Below are positions 56,615 through 64,000 of a DNA stretch of 64,000 nucleotides, piece after piece. The translations under genes were made by a program, and so were the position numbers. Location: the NCBI RefSeq assembly GCF_000006765.1, contig NC_002516.2; one strand, written 5' to 3'. The notes under the pieces are model-generated. The model had not been told where the DNA came from, searched no databases, and saw nothing but the letters and a program-made list of their open reading frames with translations. Each line of letters opens with the position of its first letter. The first letter of the stretch is position 1. The stretch comes from Pseudomonas aeruginosa PAO1 (GTDB lineage Bacteria > Pseudomonadota > Gammaproteobacteria > Pseudomonadales > Pseudomonadaceae).

Positions 56615-57400
56615 GTGAAATTTTTATCCGGTTTCTGGGAGCGCCGTCGTGCGAATGGCACTCCTCTAGTGTGTATCGAAGAGCGTGGCAGTGGTGCAGG
56701 CGAATTCTCGTCGGTGTCCCGTAGGGTTGAAACTGCTCCTGACGTACGTAGCGTTGCGTCTGCAGATTCGGAGCAGTGGATACATTCCCAGGAGTACGAG
56801 CTTTCTTTCTGGAAGGATAAATGGCCCTATCGCCATCTGTCTGTCGAGGAACTACAAGAGGCCCGGCATAAGGATGCAATGTGGTTTCTTGGGAAGATGG
56901 GGTTCACGTACGGCTCCTCGCATTATCGCTACGAAGGTTTTGAAGGTAAGGTTTTGGAAGTAGGTAGTGGGCCGATCGGCTTTTTCGAGAAGGTCGAAGG
57001 CGTGACAGTGACTGCCCAGGACTCATTGATGGGGCTGTATGCAGAGAATCTTCCATTCTCGATTCTCGGGGAAAGAGGTTCTTCTTGTTATATAAGGGAT
57101 GGTGTTGCCGATATAGAGAGTGCGTTCGATTTCGTCGTTTGCTCAAATGTGCTTGACCATACGGCCGACTGGATCCAGTTCCTGGTTGACTGTGTGGGCA
57201 GGTTGAGGACGGGCGGTGAGCTACTGTTGGTGACTGACTCTCGCGGAGTTCCAGCAATCGGGCATACACAGATATTCAGCCATGATCAACTGGTTCGTGT
57301 CTTGGAGTTGCTGGGAGCAAAGCAGTTCAAGGTGAAAGCCGTCGAGCGGGAGGATGGCGTTCACTGTGACTATCGTCATTATTTTCGGGTGGTTTTCTGA
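56615..57400 (+). CDS. Class I SAM-dependent methyltransferase-like protein (probable GTG start; in-frame ATG at 56594)
   Basis: KVLEVGSGPIG motif I, FDFVVCSNVLDH, LRTGGELLL; AGGGAGG SD 8 nt before GTG 56615. Confidence 0.78.
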   Translation: MKFLSGFWERRRANGTPLVCIEERGSGAGEFSSVSRRVETAPDVRSVASADSEQWIHSQEYELSFWKDKWPYRHLSVEELQEARHKDAMWFLGKMGFTYGSSHYRYEGFEGKVLEVGSGPIGFFEKVEGVTVTAQDSLMGLYAENLPFSILGERGSSCYIRDGVADIESAFDFVVCSNVLDHTADWIQFLVDCVGRLRTGGELLLVTDSRGVPAIGHTQIFSHDQLVRVLELLGAKQFKVKAVEREDGVHCDYRHYFRVVF

Positions 57401-57540
57401 ATTTCTCCGTGTCAATTGCTCTGCCTGGACGGGCGCTAGATTGGTATCGGCATTTCGGGGCTGGAGCCGGAAATATTGTGTTGGTGGCCAGTGGTTGGAT
57501 GGTTTTGATTGAAAAATAAAATATTATGAAAGGGATTTTC

Positions 57541-59001
57541 ATGAAGAAGTCTATGATTTCTTGTTTGTGTTTTGTGCTTCTTCTGCACTTTTTATTGGTT
57601 TCGAAAGTTGCGGCGGAAGTCTTTTGTGAGTCTTGTCTACAGGTGCGGGTGGAGCGCCCGCTAGTAGTTAGGGGTGGGTCTCACGAGCCTGGCCTGGATA
57701 CTAAGTTTTATGTAATAAAGCTCTCTGAAAATTTATTCAGAGGCTACAGTTCCGGAGGTGGTGATGCTTACGCAATAACCGGGCCGGAGGCCTGGTCTAT
57801 GGGCTGGCCTGCCAATAAGGTGTTAAGTAAAGGTGCCGCAGGGTCCTACAGCGAGTGTGGAGTATGGATAAATTCTCCGGTTAAGATCGGAGATGTCTAT
57901 GTTGCAGCCGTGCATCAGGAGCAAAAGTGCGACTACATCAATGGTGGGCAGGCGCACAAGTCAATGGGAGTATCGTTTTCTTATGACGGTCTATCTTGGG
58001 TTAATCCAATTACTGTGTTGACCAGCCCTGAGGCACCGAAGATGGGGACCCAATCTGGGGAGGGTGACTGTTCACTGGTTCGGGCCCCCGATGAAGGCTA
58101 CCTCTATATGTATTGTTTCAGGCCGGGGCGATGGGATAATATCGTGGCGCGTGCTCCGGAGGCATCTTATATGTTCCCGTCAAGCTGGAGGAAATTATAT
58201 AAAGGAAATTGGAGTGAGCCTGCGATTGGTGGTATGGCAGATAGTTTGGGTGCTATAGGGAGTAGTGTTGGGTATTGGCGGGCTGGACGTAAAGTTATTG
58301 CGCTTGATCTCGATCCATGGTTTGGCGGGATAAAGCTGTCATTGTCCTCGGATTATAAGAATTTTTTTACTCTTAAGGATCCTCTTGTTCCGTTTGTTAA
58401 AAATGATTGGGATCGAAATTTAATTGGGAAGTCAACTGACTTAATCGCATATGTGGGGGTCGTGAATCTATTTGGTGGCGGGAATCGAGTTGATAATTCC
58501 GGCTGGGGTATCACCTATACTTATATACCGCATGGAGGAACGCTAAAGGAAAAGTATCTCGTCTTTCAAGGGGTTAACATGAAGGTGGTTAGTGAACCTA
58601 AACAGGCTTCCGTAGGTTTGGCTCTTACCCGCTGGGAGCACAGGAGTGGGAAATACAGAGTTACTACTCTGCCTGTGGTGAGACAATCCGAGTACACCGA
58701 GCGTAATCGTATCGCATATCTCCTGACTCGTCCTGTCGTTGGTATTGAAACGCTTGAGGTGGAGGAGTGTGTGAATAGACAGGATCCCGATGATTATCTC
58801 GTGACTGATGCAGGAGGATGTGACGGGAGCGGACATGATAGAATCGCCACTATCGGTTGGGTGTATAAATATCCACAAAAAAATACGGTCCCTATTTATC
58901 GCTGTTACTCTCCGCTTGGCGAAAATCATTTTCTATCATCGAATGCAGGGTGTGATGATTTGGGAAGCTTGGAATGGAAGCTTGGATATGGTTTGAAGTA
59001 A
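57541..59001 (+). CDS. Secreted Cys-rich protein: propeller-like N-domain plus C-terminal triple repeat, 486 aa (alternative ATG 57526)
   Basis: Signal peptide MKKSMISCLCFVLLLHFLLVSKVAA; SYDGLSW, GEGDCSLV, WRKLYKGNWSEPAIGG; C-terminal VPIYRCY..NHFLS repeat. Confidence 0.8.
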   Translation: MKKSMISCLCFVLLLHFLLVSKVAAEVFCESCLQVRVERPLVVRGGSHEPGLDTKFYVIKLSENLFRGYSSGGGDAYAITGPEAWSMGWPANKVLSKGAAGSYSECGVWINSPVKIGDVYVAAVHQEQKCDYINGGQAHKSMGVSFSYDGLSWVNPITVLTSPEAPKMGTQSGEGDCSLVRAPDEGYLYMYCFRPGRWDNIVARAPEASYMFPSSWRKLYKGNWSEPAIGGMADSLGAIGSSVGYWRAGRKVIALDLDPWFGGIKLSLSSDYKNFFTLKDPLVPFVKNDWDRNLIGKSTDLIAYVGVVNLFGGGNRVDNSGWGITYTYIPHGGTLKEKYLVFQGVNMKVVSEPKQASVGLALTRWEHRSGKYRVTTLPVVRQSEYTERNRIAYLLTRPVVGIETLEVEECVNRQDPDDYLVTDAGGCDGSGHDRIATIGWVYKYPQKNTVPIYRCYSPLGENHFLSSNAGCDDLGSLEWKLGYGLK

Positions 59002-59125
59002 GGCAAAAATTTTCGATTGCCGCTTCAGTTGTTTCCACGTGTTCTTACGGGCTATTGGTTTGTAGCCCCCTGCAAGAGGCTGTCTGCCGAAATCATGCCG
59101 TCCGACGTGCAGCGACTGACATCGA

Positions 59126-59440
59126 TCAAATCAGCCACCACTTGAACAGGAAGAAGAACGCCATGCCCAGCAGCATGCTCGCCAGGGTATTGCGGGTATA
59201 GAGCACCAGCGCCACGGTGACTGCGCCGCTGACCAGGTAGGGATTGTCGTAGCCGAGGTCGATGCGGCCCTCGGGCATGAACACGATGGGGCCGCAGATC
59301 GCCGTGAGCATTCCCGGCACGGCGAAACCGAGGAACTGCCGCAGGTTGCTGCCGAGGCGGATCGGCAGGCGCGGTTCGAGGAACAGGTAGCGGTTGAGGA
59401 AGACGATCGCGCCCATCCCGAAGATCACTGCCCAGACCAT
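59126..59440 (-). CDS. azlD: AzlD-family small membrane subunit, 104 aa
   Basis: MVWAVIFGMGAIVFLNRYLF, FAVPGMLTAI; overlaps the azlC-like gene. Confidence 0.8.
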   Translation of the reverse strand: MVWAVIFGMGAIVFLNRYLFLEPRLPIRLGSNLRQFLGFAVPGMLTAICGPIVFMPEGRIDLGYDNPYLVSGAVTVALVLYTRNTLASMLLGMAFFFLFKWWLI

Positions 59441-60135
59441 GGCGCCTCCCGATACAGCTTGTTGCAGATGAAACCGGCGGCCATCCCGGCGAGACCGGCG
59501 AGGACCAGCGCCGAACTCCATTGCCAGTGGCTGAACAGCACCGAGCAGAACAGCGAGGTGGCCACGCAGACTAGCGTCGGTACGTTGCGCACCAGCGGCG
59601 CGACCAGCGCGATGAAGGTGGCGGCGATGGAGAAATCCAGGCCCAGGTGTTCGAGACCGGGAATGCTGCGGCCAAGCAGGATGCCGGCGAGGGTGAACAG
59701 GTTCCAGGCGATATAGAAGGTCAGGCCGACGCCGAGGGCGTACCAGCGGTTGAAGTTGCGCCGGTCGTGCTGGCTGGCGAGGGCGAAGAACTCGTCGGTG
59801 AGCAGGAATCCCAGGCCGATCCGCCAGCGTCCCGGCAGAGGTGACAGGACCGGCCGCAAGCTCATGCCGTAGAGCAGGTGCTGCGAGGTCAGGAGGAGGG
59901 TGGTGAAGATGATCGAAAAGAACCCGGCACCGCCCTTGAGCATGCCGATCGCCACCAACTGGGCGGCGCCGGCGAAGACGATGGCGGACAGGCCCTGGCC
60001 CTCGGCCGGGGTGAGGTTGGCTTCGATGGCCATCGATCCCGCCAGCAGCCCCCAGGGCGCGACGGCCAGGGACAATGGGAGGATGGCGACGGCGCCGCGG
60101 AGAAAGGCTTGGCGGGGCAGGTCGTGGGCAGTCAT
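59425..60135 (-). CDS. azlC: AzlC-family branched-chain amino acid/azaleucine exporter subunit (start uncertain; alternative 60183)
   Basis: VAPWGLLAG, IVFAGAAQLVAI, HLLYGMSL, LLTDEFFA. Confidence 0.85.
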   Translation of the reverse strand: MTAHDLPRQAFLRGAVAILPLSLAVAPWGLLAGSMAIEANLTPAEGQGLSAIVFAGAAQLVAIGMLKGGAGFFSIIFTTLLLTSQHLLYGMSLRPVLSPLPGRWRIGLGFLLTDEFFALASQHDRRNFNRWYALGVGLTFYIAWNLFTLAGILLGRSIPGLEHLGLDFSIAATFIALVAPLVRNVPTLVCVATSLFCSVLFSHWQWSSALVLAGLAGMAAGFICNKLYREAPWSGQ

Positions 60136-60688
60136 GGGGGCATGGCGGTGGTGAACGTCGGTCCAGCATGCCAGCAGGCGCATCGGGCTGGCTTGAACGA
60201 TCTTGCTCTTCGTATCCGTTATCCACGCAGGCGAAAGCGGCCGGTGTCCTTCCTTATATAAGGAGGACGGGCAGGGCAGGCGGCGGACGAGCGAGGGCCG
60301 CTTGAGGGCGCTGCGAAGAATCGAGGGAGAGAAGAACCGGAGCGGAGCTAACGCGGATGCTGACCGATCTTGTGGCCGCGGAACTTGGCGCCGAGGGACG
60401 GCTGGTAGGACATGGAACACCCGGTTTATTGCTGTTGTAGGGTTGGCACAGCTTAGCCTTGTTCAATTTTTCGTACAACGGAGCCTGTAAAATATCTGCT
60501 GCACCAGGTTGAACACCTTGCCTGGCCTGGCTTTGGCCGCTTTCGCGATGCGCTGGAAGGCCCTGTCTACGGCCATTTCGCCGGCCGCGAGGGCGATGAG
60601 AGGGCTATTGACAACAAATTGGCTTTCCGATTGACTCTGGCTCCAGCCCCCGCATGATTGAAATTTTTAACAAAAAAGGTGTTGCATC

Positions 60689-62065
60689 ATGTCGGTACCC
60701 CTGCGTGCCGTTCAGCTCACTGAGCCGAGCCTGTTCCTTCAGGAACATCCCGAGGTCCAGTTCGTCGACCTTCTGATTTCAGACATGAATGGCGTGGTTC
60801 GCGGCAAGCGAATCGAACGCAACAGTCTGCCCAAAGTCTTCGAAAAAGGTATCAACCTTCCCGCTTCCCTGTTCGCCCTCGATATCACCGGCTCCACCGT
60901 AGAGAGTACCGGCCTGGGTCTCGACATCGGCGACGCCGACCGGATCTGCTACCCGATCCCCGGCACCCTCTCCATGGAACCCTGGCAGAAGCGCCCGACC
61001 GCGCAACTGCTGATGACCATGCACGAACTGGAAGGCGAGCCGTTCTTCGCCGACCCCCGCGAAGTCCTGCGCCAGGTGGTGGCCAGGTTCACCGAGATGG
61101 AACTGACCATCGTCGCCGCCTTCGAGCTGGAGTTCTACCTGATCGACCAGGAGAACGTGAACGGCCGGCCGCAGCCGCCGCGCTCGCCGATCTCCGGCAA
61201 GCGTCCGCAGTCGGTGCAGGTGTACTCCATCGACGACCTCGACGAATACGTCGAGTGCCTCCAGGACATCATCGACGGCGCCCGCGCCCAGGGCATCCCG
61301 GCCGACGCCATCGTCGCCGAATCCGCACCGGCGCAGTTCGAGGTCAACCTGCATCACGTCGCCGACCCGATGAAGGCCTGCGACTATGCGGTGCTGCTCA
61401 AGCGCCTGATCAAGAACATCGCCTACGACCATGAGATGGACACCACCTTCATGGCCAAGCCCTATCCGGGCCAGGCCGGGAACGGACTGCACGTGCATAT
61501 CTCGCTGCTCGACAAGCACGGCAACAACATCTTCACCAGCGAGGATCCCGAGCAGAACGCCGCATTGCGCCATGCGATCGGCGGCGTGCTCGAGACCCTG
61601 CCGGCCTCCATGGCCTTCCTCTGCCCGAACGTCAACTCCTACCGCCGCTTCGGTTCGCAGTTCTACGTGCCGAACGCGCCGAGCTGGGGCCTGGACAACC
61701 GCACCGTGGCCCTGCGCGTGCCCACCGGCAGCCCGGACGCGGTACGCCTGGAACATCGCGTCGCCGGCGCCGACGCCAACCCCTACCTGCTGCTGGCCTC
61801 GGTGCTTGCCGGGGTGCACCACGGGCTGACCAACAAGGTCGAGCCGGGCGCGCCGATCGAAGGCAACTCCTACGAGCAGTTGGAGCCGAGCCTGCCGAAC
61901 AACCTGCGCGACGCCCTGCGCGAACTGGACGACAGCGAGATCCTGGCGAAGTACATCGATCCGAAGTACATCGACATCTTCGTCGCCTGCAAGGAAAGCG
62001 AGCTGGAGGAGTTCGAGTACTCGATCTCCGACCTCGAGTACAACTGGTACCTGCACACCGTGTGA
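60689..62065 (+). CDS. pauA4: Gamma-glutamylpolyamine synthetase (glutamine synthetase-like, PuuA-type)
   Basis: DMNGVVRGKRI, AFELEFYL, ESAPAQFEVNL, GNGLHVHISL, NRTVALRVP, LEHRVAGADANPYL. Confidence 0.82.
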   Translation: MSVPLRAVQLTEPSLFLQEHPEVQFVDLLISDMNGVVRGKRIERNSLPKVFEKGINLPASLFALDITGSTVESTGLGLDIGDADRICYPIPGTLSMEPWQKRPTAQLLMTMHELEGEPFFADPREVLRQVVARFTEMELTIVAAFELEFYLIDQENVNGRPQPPRSPISGKRPQSVQVYSIDDLDEYVECLQDIIDGARAQGIPADAIVAESAPAQFEVNLHHVADPMKACDYAVLLKRLIKNIAYDHEMDTTFMAKPYPGQAGNGLHVHISLLDKHGNNIFTSEDPEQNAALRHAIGGVLETLPASMAFLCPNVNSYRRFGSQFYVPNAPSWGLDNRTVALRVPTGSPDAVRLEHRVAGADANPYLLLASVLAGVHHGLTNKVEPGAPIEGNSYEQLEPSLPNNLRDALRELDDSEILAKYIDPKYIDIFVACKESELEEFEYSISDLEYNWYLHTV

Positions 62066-62069
62066 GCAT

Positions 62070-62102
62070 GGGCGGGCGGCTCCGGTCCGGCGCCGCCCGC
62101 CC
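62070..62102 (+). other. 11-bp-stem hairpin after pauA4
   Basis: GGGCGGGCGGC-N11-GCCGCCCGCCC then GTTCTT. Confidence 0.55.
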
Positions 62103-62221
62103 GTTCTTCCGTCGAGGTTCCCACCCTTGCTGAAGGTAGACGGCGGCAAGCCTGCGGTTTCCGCCCGTCCGCCTTCCTTTGCTGTGCATTAGAAAAAGAA
62201 GAAATCGAGGCAAGCATACCC

Positions 62222-63592
62222 ATGTCGAATCCTCCCCCCACCGCAGAACGAACCCAGCTTCGCAAGTCCCTCAAGCTGTGGCAGATCGTCATGATCGGGT
62301 TGGCCTACCTGACCCCGATGACCGTCTTCGACACCTTCGGCATCGTATCCGGGATTTCCCAGGGACACGTGCCCACCGCCTACCTGCTGGCCCTCGCCGG
62401 CGTGCTGTTCACCGCGATCAGCTACGGCAAGCTGGTCCGCCAGTTCCCCACCGCAGGCTCGGCCTATACCTACGCGCAACGAGCGATCAATCCCCATGTC
62501 GGCTTCATGGTCGGCTGGTCGTCGCTGCTGGACTACCTGTTCCTGCCGATGATCAACGCACTGCTGGCGAAGATATACCTGACCGCATTGTTCCCCGAGG
62601 TCGCCCCGTGGATCTGGGTGGTGATGTTCGTGCTGATCATGACCCTCATCAACATCAAGAGCGTGAACCTGGTCGCCAATTTCAACACCGTCTTCGTGCT
62701 GGTCCAACTGGCGATCATCGTGGTCTTCATCGGCCTGGTGATTCACGGCCTGAACAACGGGGAGGGGACCGCCACGGTGCTCAGTACCCAGCCGTTCTTC
62801 TCCGAGCACGCGCATCTCTCGGCGATGGTGGCGGGGGCGACGATCCTCTGCTTTTCCTTCCTCGGTTTCGACGCGGTGACTACTCTGTCCGAGGAAACCC
62901 GCGACGCCGGCAGGGTGATCCCGCGGGCGATCTTCCTCACCGCGCTGTACGGCGGGGTGATCTTCATCACCGTGTCGTATTTCCTGCAGTCCTATTTCCC
63001 GACCAACGTACGCTTCAAGGAACCCGACGCGGCGCTGCCGGAAATCGCCCTGTACGTCGGCGGCAAGCTGTTCCAGTCGATCTTCCTCTGCGCCACCTTC
63101 ATCAATACCCTGGCGTCGGGCCTGGCCTCCCAGGCCAGCGTGTCGCGCCTGCTGTACGTGATGGGGCGGGACAACGTGCTGCCGGAGCGGATCTTCGGCT
63201 TCGTCCATCCGAAATGGCGTACGCCGTCGATCAACGTGCTCATCGTGGGCATGGTGGCGCTCTCGGCGATCTCCTTCGACCTGGTGACCGCGACCGCGCT
63301 GATCAATTTCGGCGCCCTGGTGGCCTTCACCTTCGTCAATCTCTCGGTGATCGTGCATTTCTATGTGCGCGGCGGGCGCAACCGCAGCCTCAAGGAGCAT
63401 TTCCACTACCTGGTCCTGCCATTGCTCGGCGCGGCCATCGTCGCGGTGCTCTGGCTCAACCTGGAAAGCACCTCGCTGGTGATGGGGCTGATCTGGGCCG
63501 GACTGGGCTTCGGCTACCTGTTCTACCTGACTCGCAGCTTCAGCCGTCCGCCGCCGCGCTTCCAGGAGAGCGAGCTGAGCCCGACCCAGTGA
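62222..63592 (+). CDS. APC-family permease, PuuP/putrescine importer-like
   Basis: [51 protein letters not shown]; follows pauA4. Confidence 0.85.
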   Translation: MSNPPPTAERTQLRKSLKLWQIVMIGLAYLTPMTVFDTFGIVSGISQGHVPTAYLLALAGVLFTAISYGKLVRQFPTAGSAYTYAQRAINPHVGFMVGWSSLLDYLFLPMINALLAKIYLTALFPEVAPWIWVVMFVLIMTLINIKSVNLVANFNTVFVLVQLAIIVVFIGLVIHGLNNGEGTATVLSTQPFFSEHAHLSAMVAGATILCFSFLGFDAVTTLSEETRDAGRVIPRAIFLTALYGGVIFITVSYFLQSYFPTNVRFKEPDAALPEIALYVGGKLFQSIFLCATFINTLASGLASQASVSRLLYVMGRDNVLPERIFGFVHPKWRTPSINVLIVGMVALSAISFDLVTATALINFGALVAFTFVNLSVIVHFYVRGGRNRSLKEHFHYLVLPLLGAAIVAVLWLNLESTSLVMGLIWAGLGFGYLFYLTRSFSRPPPRFQESELSPTQ

Positions 63593-64000
63593 GGCGAGCG
63601 GTGAATGGATTCAGCGGAAATGTGAAGGAAAAAGATTGGTAATCTTCACGAAATTTTCACGGTGACGGGTCAATCATAGACCCATGGCTAACGGACTAGC
63701 CCCCCATCTGAAGCCCGCCTCATGGCGGGCTTTGGCTATCTGCAGACAGCGAATTTCGCGTTTTCCCTCCTTTTCACAGGGATTTCCGGCCTCCCGGCTG
63801 GCAATGCGCCTGCGACGACATGTCCGAATCCAGACAGAATTGGACGCCCCCAAAAAGCGCAGACACGGCTAGAATCCACGCCGTCCCGATCCGGTTCGAT
63901 GGCCGTGGCGGGGGAGCCCGGTATCCGCTGGTCGGTGTTTCCTGTGGTGCTGCGCGTCCTTCCCTAGACTACCCGGCTCGCTCGAACCATCCCTTCGCGG

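Larger units (their letters stand above)
56370..59050. other. AT-rich two-gene islet, probable horizontal acquisition; boundaries approximate
   Basis: Hand-counted G+C per 60-nt line: 13/60 (56401), 30/60 (56941), 19/60 (57541), 22/60 (58381), versus 44/60 in the flank (55621); many T/A-ending codons. Confidence 0.85.

Noticed and set aside
56370-59050. Islet as a prophage remnant, restriction-modification or known anti-phage system
   Set aside because: No integrase or att repeats, no nuclease or DNA-methylase motifs seen; the second protein has an export signal, which fits poorly with cytoplasmic defence
56452-59201. Short minus-strand and alternate-frame ORFs within the islet
   Set aside because: They overlap the two long plus-strand ORFs, lack SD sites or motifs, and are consistent with chance
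60444-60457. TGGCACAGCTTAGC as a sigma-54 promoter for pauA4
   Set aside because: GG-to-GC spacing is 9 nt, not the required 10
63600-64000. Short ORFs after the permease (63684-63872, 63722-63967)
   Set aside because: Atypical codon usage and no motifs; more likely the promoter region of a gene beyond the window

Overview
Core-genome segment of Pseudomonas aeruginosa. Gene order and the mexX/mexZ alleles match what I recall for the PAO1 PA1984-PA2041 region. It contains the end of exaC, the pqqABCDEH PQQ-biosynthesis operon and ercA-ercS. Next is a ~24 kb block of catabolic operons that converge on acetoacetate: acetoacetate-CoA ligase, dhcRAB-atoB-atoE, the bdhA operon with its sigma-54 activator, hmgA-fahA-maiA with hmgR, and liuRABCDE. 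Then come mexZ-mexXY with a truncated oprA remnant, ugd-galU, gor and several small regulator/hypothetical modules. A Fur-boxed siderophore-interacting operon, a ThDP enzyme, a ~2.7 kb AT-rich two-gene islet, azlCD, pauA4 and a polyamine-type permease follow. I found no tRNA, rRNA, CRISPR, IS, integrase or prophage. The best candidate for an undescribed system is the AT-rich islet at ~56.4-59.0 kb: a SAM methyltransferase plus a secreted Cys-rich protein with a propeller-like domain and a 3x45-aa C-terminal repeat. Other notable signals are a still-translatable oprA lipopeptide stump coupled to mexY, putative activator sites embedded in the hbcR coding tail, an orphan ACT-like gene with Lrp, a DUF1127/Zn-ribbon/MocR module and an unannotated 21-codon ORF. 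All family assignments come from visual motif recognition, not database searches.
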